Source: Alphaproteobacteria bacterium
GTDB lineage: Bacteria > Pseudomonadota > Alphaproteobacteria > UBA828
Assembly (NCBI GenBank): GCA_965214705.1
Contig: OZ243972.1
Span: 3,584,001 to 3,648,000, forward strand
Length of the DNA: 64,000 nucleotides
Direction: 5' to 3'
The notes below the pieces were generated by a model. That model saw nothing but the letters and a program-made list of their open reading frames with translations. It made no database searches and was not told the origin of the DNA. Below are positions 41,137 to 52,001 of the stretch, piece by piece (position 1 is the first letter of the stretch; each line of letters starts with the position of its first letter). Made by a program: the position numbers and the translations under genes.

Positions 41137-41180
41137 AGATTAGACAGTCAGCGGTGTCTTGCCGCCCTCCCGCGGGAGGG
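41137..41180 (-). promoter_or_regulatory. Candidate activator box plus -10 element of the lipoprotein gene
   Basis: Perfect palindrome CCCTCCCGCGGGAGGG (41165-41180), 22 nt from minus-strand TAATCT (41137-41142). Confidence 0.6.
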
Positions 41181-41827
41181 GATTGCGCAAGAAATTCAGT
41201 TAATTCGGTGCGAACGCACGCTACGGAAGCGGGGCGAGCGGCAGCGGCATCAGCACTGCACTCCCGGCACCTCAGCCAGCGGTATCACCAGATGGACCAA
41301 CTCTACCTGCCGGGAGAGCCCGTGTTTGGCGTAGATGTGCTGGATGTGCCATTTGACCGTGGTCCGTTTCCGCCCCGTCCGGACCGCGACCTCATCGATT
41401 GTCATTCCCTGTGCGAGCAGGACGGCGATCTGACTCTCCGCCTGCGTCAAGCCGAGCGCCTCGCGCACCCTTTCCGGGTCGATGCGCATGCGGTCCGCCG
41501 GATCGACCGCCAGCACCAGCGCACCGATGCGGCTCTTACCGAGGTCCGCTGCTGCGTCATTCACGGGACTCACATGAAGCATGAGCTGCGGCAGTGGGCC
41601 TTGACGGCTCACTCGCATCGAACTTCCCATTCCTGGGCGCCTGACAACCGGCAGCGCCCGTGCGAGCAGGCTCCGGAGCGTCGCATCCTCCTCGGGCAGC
41701 GCGGCGCGCAGGTGCCCATCCTCATCCCAGAGCCCATCGCGCTTGCGCAGCAGCGCGCGGGCCCGGTCGTTGTCCGCCATAATCCGACCGCGCCGGTCGA
41801 GCTGGAGGACGCCCAACCTCAAGTTAT

Positions 41828-43440
41828 CCCGACCTATTCATGGAGAGCCTTGCACATGAGGCTCGGCTGAGGGGTCGCGTCGTGGCCTGACGCGGTTTGG
41901 CGCCGGGATCTGAGGATGGGTCGCTATTGGGTTGAGGGTTGAACGAGCCTGGGTTGTCGGGGCACATCGCCCCGGCGCTCAGGGGCCTGCTGCGGCGAGG
42001 CGGCCTGCGAGCAGTCGGAAGAGAGCGGCGTCCGGGCAGGCCGAGGCGAAGTGGATGCGGACGCGGGTGGCCTTCTCGATGACGCGGGCGCCGATCTTGA
42101 GGAGGCGCAGCCTGAGGGTTGCAAACTCGGCGCGGGCGAGCGGCGCTGTGCGGGGAATGGCGTCGCGGAGCGCGAGCATCAGCCAGTAGGCTGCGGTGTG
42201 GAGCACCAGCCTGAGCTGGTTGGCGAGCGGGCTCTGGCAGGAGGTGCGGTCCGAGGCGAGCTGGCCCTTGTGCATCTTGATCAGGTTTTCGGCCTGGCCG
42301 CGGGCGCAGTAGATGTCTTCGTAGAGGTGGCGGGGCTCGCCCTTGAGCGAGGTGACGACATAGCGGGCATCGAAGCCGCGCGTCGTCGCCTCCAGCCGAG
42401 CCACGACCCGGCGTTCGCGGCTCCAGGAGCGGGCGGCATAGGCGAAGGCGGCGAAGCTGCGCATCCTGTCCGCGCCGGCCTCGGCGCGGCGGACCTTGAG
42501 ATCGTCGGCCACCTCGTAGGCCAAGGCGTTGAGCGCGCGGTTGCCCGCGAGGCCGAAGATGTAGTCGACGCCGTTCTGCTCGCACCAGGCCATGGCTTGC
42601 GCGCGGCCATAGTGGCTGTCTCCCCGGAAGACGATCCGAGTGTGCGGCCAGTGGCGGCGGATGCGGCGGACCAGGTGCTTGATGAGGGTGCGGACCTCGA
42701 TCCCCGAGGGCGTCTTGCCGGGGCGCAGGAGGACCGCCACCGGCTTGCCGCTTTCCACGTGATAGACGTGGATGGGGAGGAAGCAGCGGGTGTCGTAATG
42801 AGCGTTGAACAGCGACAGCTGCTGGTGCCCGTGCACGGCATCGCAGGTGTCGTCGATATCCAGCGTGATGGCGGCGGGTGGGGCTGAGAAGGAGCGGCAG
42901 AAGAGATCGACCAGGGCGGCCGTCATGCGCGCCACCTCGATGCGAGACGGAGCGTTCTCCAGGCGGCTCATGGTGGGCTGGGAACAGAGATCGCGGCCGT
43001 TCTCCGGCGCCCGGCCTGAGGCCAGCTTGAACAGAGGGTCCGCGCGCAGCGTGTCGCAGTCGTCGGCGTCCTCGTACCCGCAGGCGATGGCCAACATGCG
43101 AAAGCGGAGCATGGCCGAGAGCGAGTGGATCACCTGCGCCTGATTGCGCCGGTCCCGGATGCAGCCCGCCAGGGTCTCGGCGAGACGCAAGCGGCGTTCC
43201 GCTTCGCGCAGCAGGACGAGGCCGCCGTCAGACGAGATCAGGCCGCCGTCGAAGGCGGCGCTCACCTTCTTGCGCGCGACGGCTGGCAGATCGAAGGGGA
43301 GAAGGCTATCGTCGGTCATGGCGGGCGTGGCGTGGCGTGGCTCGGAGAGGAAGACGCTCGGACAACGAATTCCTACCCGATGGCAACGGCTTACGCTACG
43401 TTCGCCACCCCAAAATCAGACCTGCCATGAATAATCCGGG
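41828..43440 (-). mobile_element. Insertion sequence, IS1380 family
   Basis: TIRs CCCGACCTATTCATGG / CCCGGATTATTCATGG; TTAT duplicated at 41824-41827 and 43441-43444. Confidence 0.92.
41979..43319 (-). CDS. IS1380-family transposase
   Basis: FDGGLISSDGG, GYEDADD, SQPTMSRLEN, LDIDDT, RGDSHY and RGQAENLIK. Confidence 0.93.
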   Translation of the reverse strand: MTDDSLLPFDLPAVARKKVSAAFDGGLISSDGGLVLLREAERRLRLAETLAGCIRDRRNQAQVIHSLSAMLRFRMLAIACGYEDADDCDTLRADPLFKLASGRAPENGRDLCSQPTMSRLENAPSRIEVARMTAALVDLFCRSFSAPPAAITLDIDDTCDAVHGHQQLSLFNAHYDTRCFLPIHVYHVESGKPVAVLLRPGKTPSGIEVRTLIKHLVRRIRRHWPHTRIVFRGDSHYGRAQAMAWCEQNGVDYIFGLAGNRALNALAYEVADDLKVRRAEAGADRMRSFAAFAYAARSWSRERRVVARLEATTRGFDARYVVTSLKGEPRHLYEDIYCARGQAENLIKMHKGQLASDRTSCQSPLANQLRLVLHTAAYWLMLALRDAIPRTAPLARAEFATLRLRLLKIGARVIEKATRVRIHFASACPDAALFRLLAGRLAAAGP

Positions 43441-44111
43441 TTATCGAGCAGCGCGACCGCTGACGAACCCAGTGCCCTCGCGCTGACCAGCGTCTGCCTC
43501 ACCGTCACGTATTGTCGGATATGGGGCAAAAGACGCTCGACCGTCCCGACCTGCGAGGACGACCAGCCATCGCCGTCGATCGGGTCGGCGATCACCCAGA
43601 CAATTCGCGAGCCGTCTGGCCCGTCGAGACGTACATTGAGGCTGTCGCGGGTGTCGCCGAGGGGCAGCGCCTCGTTGTAGACCAACGAAGTCTGCATTTC
43701 CGCGTCCGTGTAAAGGGAGGAGACGTGGACCACCCTGCTGTCGGGTAATTTCCTGATGCGTGGGATGCGTTCGTCGAGGTGGTGATAAGAATTGAAGTAC
43801 AGGCGCTCCAATTCGGGATGTCGTTGTCCGCGATAACAGAACTGGGCAAAGAAAATATCGATGTCGTCTTGTGAAGACCCGTCGCCAGTAATGAGGAAAT
43901 TGCCCTTCGCACCGCAGGCTTCATCGATCAGCCCGGACGTCGCCGGCCAACGGGCATCGTCGAGCACGGTTTTGTGCAGTGATGCCAAGATGCGCTCGAT
44001 CAAGTCCTACCGCCTCAAAGAAATTTCCACTCATCCGGGCGAGCGCCTGTCTCAGAGGTCAGGGACCATCGTCTGCTTCGATGAATCCATGTCCTCTTGG
44101 CTCTCATCCCG

Positions 44112-44155
44112 ATGCTAAGCCACCCTGAGGATTTCGTCGCCCTCCTGAGGGAGGG
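44112..44155 (-). promoter_or_regulatory. Candidate activator box plus -10 element of the LuxR-type gene
   Basis: CCCTCC-TGAG-GGAGGG (44140-44155), 22 nt from minus-strand TAGCAT (44112-44117); same geometry as 41137-41180. Confidence 0.6.
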
Positions 44156-44446
44156 GTATTCAGTTTCGGGGGGAGGGAGGATTTCCGTTTCTCCCTCCTG
44201 CATCGCTCCCGGAATATGCTCTCCGACTCCGGCGGGCCTCGCTTGACTAAGCCCGATAGGGGGGGCATGAGATGGCTGCGAGATGAGCGACGCGGCCGGC
44301 CGGCTGCGGACGAGGGAGAGACTGTGACTGACCGGAATCGGCCGGCGACGGTCGCGTCATCGGGCACGCGCCTGCGGCCTTGCGCGCGAGGCAGCGCCGG
44401 CCCCAGCCCACTCGTCTTCGCGGGCATCCCGACCGGGTACTGACGC

Positions 44447-45478
44447 GTGGCCGTGAGCACGGGCGAGGGGCCGACGCGGGGCGGCACCGATTACACGGTG
44501 TCGGCCGCGACGATCCGCCACTGGCGGGACGACGAGCTCCCCGAATGGTTCAAGAAGAAGCGCGGTAGCACGCGCTCGTTGATCGTCAACCGCTGGGTGC
44601 CGCGGGTGATGGTCGGCGTGCCCATCGCGGTGCTGCTCTTCATCGTCGCCTATCCCACGGTGCAGATGGCGTACTACGCCTTCCACGACATCAACATGGT
44701 GAGCCTATTCAAGGGCGACTACGGGCTGATCGGCTTCACCAACTTCGAGCGGGTGCTGACCTCGGACCGCTTCCACGGCTCGGTGCTCCACCTGATCCAG
44801 TACCTGTTCTTCGGCGCCGTGCTGCAGGTGGTGATCGGCACCGCGCTCGCGCTGATCCTGCACCACTGCGTGCGCAACAACGCGGCCCGGCTGGTGATCC
44901 TGGTCATCCTCGTGATGCCCATGATGCTGCCGCCCTCGATCGTGGGCGTGCTGTGGCGCTTCCTGTTCAATCCGTCGAACGGCGCGATCAACCAGGCGCT
45001 GCTCGATATCGGCCTGATCCAGGCGCACATCGAGTGGTTCCAGATCGGCGTCTCGCTCTGGACCATCACCATCGCCGACATCTGGGAATGGACCTCGCTG
45101 CCGTTCCTGATCGTCTTCAGCGGGCGATTGGGGCTGCCGCCCTCGATCTACGAAGCGGCGCGGGTGGACGGCGCCTCGCCCTTCCTCACGCTCCGGCGGA
45201 TCACGCTGCCGATGCTGAAGGAGGTCATCGCCATCGCCTTCATCATCCGCTTCATGGATGCATACAAATTCGTGGACAAGGTCTACGTCATGACCTCGGG
45301 CGGGCCGGCGCAATCGTCCGAGTTACCCGCCTACATCGCCTATCAGCGGGGCGTGCGCGAGTTCGAGATCGGCGAGGCGGCGGCCTATGCGTGGATCATC
45401 TTCCTCTTCGCCATCATCCTGATCACGCTCTTCCTGCGCTACCTCAAGCGCGTGCTGCGCGCGCAGGCGATCGCGTGA
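44447..45478 (+). CDS. Carbohydrate ABC transporter permease
   Basis: GFTNF, PMMLPP and EAARVDGAS (EAA loop). Confidence 0.9.
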   Translation: MAVSTGEGPTRGGTDYTVSAATIRHWRDDELPEWFKKKRGSTRSLIVNRWVPRVMVGVPIAVLLFIVAYPTVQMAYYAFHDINMVSLFKGDYGLIGFTNFERVLTSDRFHGSVLHLIQYLFFGAVLQVVIGTALALILHHCVRNNAARLVILVILVMPMMLPPSIVGVLWRFLFNPSNGAINQALLDIGLIQAHIEWFQIGVSLWTITIADIWEWTSLPFLIVFSGRLGLPPSIYEAARVDGASPFLTLRRITLPMLKEVIAIAFIIRFMDAYKFVDKVYVMTSGGPAQSSELPAYIAYQRGVREFEIGEAAAYAWIIFLFAIILITLFLRYLKRVLRAQAIA

Positions 45479-45489
45479 GACCGGCCGGC

Positions 45490-46329
45490 ATGAGCGTCAA
45501 GCACTACAAGCTGGTCCGGCTGCTGCTGCTGATCTTTCTCGGCGTGTGGCTGGTGCTGATCATGTTCCCGTTCTACTTCCAGATCATCACCTCGCTGAAG
45601 GACGTGGCGGAGGTGAACCGGATCGAGCCCACCTTCTGGCCGGAAGTGTTCGTGCTTGAGAACTATTCGGCAATCTGGAACGAGCCGGGCAACTTCAAGT
45701 CGCTGGTGGACAGCTTCATCATCGCGACTTGCAACACCATTCTCTCGCTCTTCTTCGGCACGCTGGCGGGCTACGCGCTGGCGCGCTTCCCGCGCCAGTC
45801 GGGCGGTGAGAACGTGGCGATGTGGATCCTGTCGAACCGCATGTTCCCGCCGGTGGCGGTGTTGCTGCCGATGTTCTTCCTGTTCGAGGAGCTGTTCGGC
45901 ACCACCGACACGCACATGGCGCTGATCATCCTCTATCTGGTCTTCAACATGCCGCTCGCGGTGTGGCTGATGATGGTTTTCTTCCGCGACGTGCCGCGCG
46001 AGCTGGAGGAGGCGGCCTACGTGGACGGCCACAAGCCGTTCAAGGTGTTCTTCACCATCACGCTGCCGCTGGTCGGCCCCGGCATGATCGCGGTCGCCAT
46101 GCTGTGCTGGATCTTCTCGTGGAACGAATACCTGTTTGCCAACATGTTCATCGGCACGGACGTGAAGACCTTCCCGGTGGTGATCCCGAGCTTCACCAGC
46201 GGCAGCCAGACGCTGTGGAACCTGGTGATGGCGTTCAGTCTGGTCGCCATGATCCCGCCGGTGGTGCTGTTCATCATCCTGCGCCGCTACATGGTGCGCG
46301 GCCTCTCGCTCGGCGTGGTGAAGGGCTGA
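45490..46329 (+). CDS. Carbohydrate ABC transporter permease
   Basis: ELEEAAYVDG, WNEYLFA and RGLSLGVVKG. Confidence 0.9.
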   Translation: MSVKHYKLVRLLLLIFLGVWLVLIMFPFYFQIITSLKDVAEVNRIEPTFWPEVFVLENYSAIWNEPGNFKSLVDSFIIATCNTILSLFFGTLAGYALARFPRQSGGENVAMWILSNRMFPPVAVLLPMFFLFEELFGTTDTHMALIILYLVFNMPLAVWLMMVFFRDVPRELEEAAYVDGHKPFKVFFTITLPLVGPGMIAVAMLCWIFSWNEYLFANMFIGTDVKTFPVVIPSFTSGSQTLWNLVMAFSLVAMIPPVVLFIILRRYMVRGLSLGVVKG

Positions 46330-46330
46330 G

Positions 46331-47440
46331 ATGGCGCGGCTGGAACTGCAGGGCATCTGCAAGGGGTGGGATTATCCCATCCTGGACCAGCTCGACCTGA
46401 CCATCGAGGAGGGCGAGTTCTTCTGCATCCTGGGGCCGTCCGGCATCAGCAAGACGACGCTGCTCCGCATCATCGCTGGCCTCGAATCGCCGGATGCCGG
46501 GCGGGTAATTCTGAACGGCAAGGACATCACCGAGGTACCGCCCTATCACCGGCCCGTGGCGCTGACCTTCGAGAGCTACGCGCTCTATCCGCACCGCAGC
46601 GTCTTCGACAACATCGCGAGCCCGCTCAGGGCGCAGAGGCTGCCGCGCAGCGAGATGGAGGCGCGCATCGCCGAGGTGGCGCGGATCCTGCGCATCGAGG
46701 AGCTGCTGCCGCGCCGGCCGAACGAGGCCTCGGGCGGCCAGATGCAGCGCATCTCGCTGGCGCGGACCCTGGTCAAGCGGCCTGAGGTCTTCCTCCTCGA
46801 CGAGCCGATCAGCCATTTGGACGCGCGCATCCGATACGAGCTGCGCCAGCAGTTTCACCGGCTGGAGGCGCTGCGCACCGTGGCCACGATCTACGTGACT
46901 CACGATTACACCGAGGCGCTCTCGCTTGGCGACCGGGTCGGCATCATGGGCCGCGCGGGGCTGGTGCAGACCGGCCTGCCGCGGGACATCTTCGAGCGGC
47001 CGAATTCGCTCTTCGTGGCCCAGCACGTGGGCCAGCCGCCGATCAACCTGATCGACTGCGAACTCCGGCATGTCGACGGCGCGCTCCACGTCGCGAGCCA
47101 GGAGACGGCGCTTTCCTACCCGCTCGCGGCCGACCATGGCGCCACGCTGGAAGCGCGCAACGAGCCGACGCTGGTCGCCGGCATCAGGCCGCAGCACCTG
47201 GAGGCGCTGGTGGACGATGCCGATGCGGGCGGGCGGCACGTGATGGAGGGCCGCGCCGAGATTTACGAGGCGCTGGGTTCCATGGGCGTGCTGATCGCCG
47301 ATGTGGGCGGTGCGAAGCTCACGGTGATCACGGCGCCCGATGCCCATGTGGAGCCGGGCCAGCCGGTGCGAATCGCGCTCAGGACCGAGCGCGTGCACTA
47401 TTTCGACATGCAGAACGGCGTCTCCCTGCTCGACGGATAG
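46331..47440 (+). CDS. ABC transporter ATP-binding protein (MalK-like, variant Walker A)
   Basis: GPSGISKTT, ASGGQ and LLDEP; C-terminal TOBE-like region. Confidence 0.9.
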   Translation: MARLELQGICKGWDYPILDQLDLTIEEGEFFCILGPSGISKTTLLRIIAGLESPDAGRVILNGKDITEVPPYHRPVALTFESYALYPHRSVFDNIASPLRAQRLPRSEMEARIAEVARILRIEELLPRRPNEASGGQMQRISLARTLVKRPEVFLLDEPISHLDARIRYELRQQFHRLEALRTVATIYVTHDYTEALSLGDRVGIMGRAGLVQTGLPRDIFERPNSLFVAQHVGQPPINLIDCELRHVDGALHVASQETALSYPLAADHGATLEARNEPTLVAGIRPQHLEALVDDADAGGRHVMEGRAEIYEALGSMGVLIADVGGAKLTVITAPDAHVEPGQPVRIALRTERVHYFDMQNGVSLLDG

Positions 47441-47445
47441 CGGCG

Positions 47446-48546
47446 ATGGCGGAAGTCAGGCTGAGCGAGGTCAACAAGGTCTACGAGGGCCGCGGGCAGC
47501 AGGTGCACGCGGTGCGCGACCTCGACCTCGTGGTGGAGGACGGCGAGTTCGTCTCGATCGTGGGACCCTCGGGCTGCGGCAAGTCCACCACGCTGCGCAT
47601 GATCGTGGGGCTTGAGAAGGCGACTTCGGGCCAGATCCTGTTCAACGGGGACATGGTCAACGACCTCGACCCGCAAGAGCGGAACGTCGCGATGGCGTTC
47701 GAGAACTACGCGCTCTATCCCAACTTCAGCGCCGAGGAGAACATCGGCTTCCCGCTGGAGGCGCGGGGGATTCCCAAGCAGGAGCGCCGCCGCCGCGTCC
47801 ATGAGCTGGCCGAGCTGCTGCAAATCGGAAACATCCTGCACCAGCATCCCAACACGCTCTCCGGCGGCCAGAAGCAGCGGGTCTCGCTGGCGCGGGCGCT
47901 GATCCGGGAGCCCGCCGCCTTCATCCTGGACGAGGTGCTGGGCCACGTGGACGGGCACCTGCGCTTCCAAATGCTGTTCGACCTCAAGCGCCTGCACCAG
48001 TCGCTCGACAGCACGATGATCTTCGTCACCCACGATCAGATGGAGGCGATCGCGCTCTCCGACCGGATTGCGGTGCTGCACCAGGGCCGCTTGGTGCAAA
48101 GCGGCACGCGCGACGAGCTCTACGACACTCCGGCGACCCGGTTCGTCGCAGACTTTATCGGAGAGCCGCCGACCAACTTCTTCGACACCCGATTCGTCGA
48201 GGAAGGAGGCGAGGAAACGCTGCGCGCGGACGATCTCGCCCTGCAATTGACGGCCGAAACCGCAGCCCGTCTGCGCTCTCGCGACGACCGGCGCTATGTC
48301 GTTGGCATCCGTCCGCAAAACCTGTTATGCACGCCACGAGCGGGCACGATCAGTTTCGACGCCACGATCGACATCCATGAATATCTGGGGGAGCGATCCA
48401 TCCTCACCCTTCGTCGGGGCGGGCTTAGGTTCCAGGCCCTGGCGTCGGCCGAAGGCTCGTGGGCCGCTGACGAGCCGATCACCCTCTATTACCGACCGCA
48501 GGACATCATGGTGTTCGACGCGGAGTCGGAAGCTCTCATCGCCTGA
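47446..48546 (+). CDS. ABC transporter ATP-binding protein (MalK-like)
   Basis: GPSGCGKST, LSGGQ, ILDE and VTHDQ. Confidence 0.92.
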   Translation: MAEVRLSEVNKVYEGRGQQVHAVRDLDLVVEDGEFVSIVGPSGCGKSTTLRMIVGLEKATSGQILFNGDMVNDLDPQERNVAMAFENYALYPNFSAEENIGFPLEARGIPKQERRRRVHELAELLQIGNILHQHPNTLSGGQKQRVSLARALIREPAAFILDEVLGHVDGHLRFQMLFDLKRLHQSLDSTMIFVTHDQMEAIALSDRIAVLHQGRLVQSGTRDELYDTPATRFVADFIGEPPTNFFDTRFVEEGGEETLRADDLALQLTAETAARLRSRDDRRYVVGIRPQNLLCTPRAGTISFDATIDIHEYLGERSILTLRRGGLRFQALASAEGSWAADEPITLYYRPQDIMVFDAESEALIA

Positions 48547-48609
48547 GCGCGACCGGGCGGAGTGCCGAGCGGCAATGTTTGTGGGTTGAACGCAACGAGG
48601 AGACACGAA

Positions 48610-50157
48610 ATGGGAATGTTTAGTCACATTACGCGGCGCAAGTTCCTCAAGGGCGCGGCGGCCGGTGCAGCGGCCCTCGGCGCCTCGGGCGTCGCGGCAC
48701 CACGGCTCGGCCGTGCGGCCCAGGCGGTGCCGCCGGGCAAGAAGCTCTTCAACGACATCGAGCTGACCTACTTCCAGGATTCCAACTGGCTGCACGCGCC
48801 GCTGTGGCTCTCCGACCATCTGATGGCGGAGGCCGGTGTCGGCATCAAGAGCCGGGAGCAGTACGACGGCGGCGACTCGGTCGCGAAGATTCTGCCGCAG
48901 CTTCTCTCCCGCAATCCGCGCTTCGACTGGGTTCAGTTCCCGAGCCTGTTCTTCGGCGCGTTCGCGGAGACCGGCCAGCTCGAGCCGCTCGACCAGTACC
49001 TCGAGAAGTACGAGGGCACGTCGGAGTATCTGGACTGGGTCATGCCCGCCTACCGCGAGTTCTACACGAAGTGGGCCGGCCAGACCTACGGCATCATGCT
49101 GGATGGCGACATCCACATCCTTCACTACCGCAAGTCCTTCTTCGAGCGGCCGGAGCTTCAGAAGAAGTTCTCCAAGCGCTTCCAGCGCGATCTTGCCGTC
49201 CCGAAGACCTGGTTCGAGTTCCTCGACGCGACACAGTTCTTCACCGAAGAGTTGTCGGAGTCCGAGGGCGTCTACGGCTCGTCGATGGTCATCAACCCGC
49301 CGAACTTCGGCTGGGGCTTCTGGATGGACGTGGCCGCCGGCAACGGGGTCAACTACTTCGACGAGAACATGAACCCGACGATCAACACGGCGCAGGCTGT
49401 CGAGGCGTTGGATCTGTTCAAGGAGATCGTCCAGTTCGGCCCGCCCGGGAAGGAGTCCCTGGGTCTCTCCACCAGCATCCAGCGCTGGCAGTCGGGCGGC
49501 GACGTGATGTCGGTCTGGTGGATCGACCTCGCCGAGTTCACGGTGCAGCAGCAGGGCATGGAGCGCGCCGAGGATCAGCGCGGCGATATCGTTCCCGGCT
49601 GGCCGCAAGAGGATGGCTCGATCAACCACCGGGCGATTTCGCTCTGGTGCCGCACCGGCGCCATTCCGAAGAACGCGCCGGAGGACGTGAAGGAAGCCGC
49701 GTTCTACTTCCTCTACCGGATGTCACACCCTGATTACTCGGACGACATCGTGGCGGACGAGTATTGCGGCTCCGATCCGTTCGGCGTCAGCCACTACACC
49801 GACGCCGCGGCCCAGAAGTACCTGGAGCCCAACCCGCAGCGTGGGACCAACGAGCTGTGGGCCACGAACTCGGGTATCTTCCAGAACTTCGACACCTCGC
49901 GGAACCATCTGGACGCAGGCCTGAAGAACGTCGAGGTCGGCTATCCGCAGTTCTTCTGGGAAGGCGCGTCCGAGTACGGCGACGCGCTCGGACGGAACAT
50001 CCAGAAGGCGATCGCCGGCAACCTCACCAGCCAGCAGGCGCTCGACGAGGCGGCCGAGGAATGGGTCCAGATCGTGCAGAAGCTGGGCATCGATAGTCAG
50101 AAGGCTCAGTATGCCAACTTCGTAGAGGGCGCTCGTTCGCTCGGCTACAAGATCTAG
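48610..50157 (+). CDS. Extracellular solute-binding protein (family 1) with Tat signal
   Basis: TRRKFLKG twin-arginine motif; LEPLDQY, YRKSFF, PKTWFEF and QQALDEAA. Confidence 0.88.
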   Translation: MGMFSHITRRKFLKGAAAGAAALGASGVAAPRLGRAAQAVPPGKKLFNDIELTYFQDSNWLHAPLWLSDHLMAEAGVGIKSREQYDGGDSVAKILPQLLSRNPRFDWVQFPSLFFGAFAETGQLEPLDQYLEKYEGTSEYLDWVMPAYREFYTKWAGQTYGIMLDGDIHILHYRKSFFERPELQKKFSKRFQRDLAVPKTWFEFLDATQFFTEELSESEGVYGSSMVINPPNFGWGFWMDVAAGNGVNYFDENMNPTINTAQAVEALDLFKEIVQFGPPGKESLGLSTSIQRWQSGGDVMSVWWIDLAEFTVQQQGMERAEDQRGDIVPGWPQEDGSINHRAISLWCRTGAIPKNAPEDVKEAAFYFLYRMSHPDYSDDIVADEYCGSDPFGVSHYTDAAAQKYLEPNPQRGTNELWATNSGIFQNFDTSRNHLDAGLKNVEVGYPQFFWEGASEYGDALGRNIQKAIAGNLTSQQALDEAAEEWVQIVQKLGIDSQKAQYANFVEGARSLGYKI

Positions 50158-50171
50158 GTGTACCGTTATGC

Positions 50172-50217
50172 GGCCGCGGTGCCGCGCCCACAAGGCGTGA
50201 CGCCGCGGCCCCTTTTT
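50172..50217 (+). terminator. Probable intrinsic terminator after the ABC operon
   Basis: GGCCGCGG...CCGCGGCC extended hairpin followed by CCTTTTT. Confidence 0.55.
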
Positions 50218-50291
50218 CCCTCGCACGCGGCGGGCCGGCGGAAGACCGATAGCGGGGCGACGGGCCCGATCCCCCCGCCGAAGAGCGACCG

Positions 50292-51899
<1,608 letters not shown>

Positions 51900-52001
51900 A
51901 GCGCTATTCGGCGCGGGCGGGCTTGCCTCCCTTCACCTGAAACACCACGTTAGCTACAAGGTACTCGCGCAGGCTGCGCAGCGGGCGCAGGTATCGGCAG
52001 G

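Larger units (their letters stand above)
41250..44018 (-). pseudogene. LuxR-family HTH regulator with N-terminal sensor/PAS-like region, interrupted by IS1380; pieces 43445-44018 and 41250-41827
   Basis: Rejoins in frame as ...AVALLDN|LRLGVLQLDRRGRI...; C-terminal GLTQAESQIAVLLAQG...TVKWHIQHIYAKHG HTH; possible in-frame TAG at 44007-44009. Confidence 0.85.
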
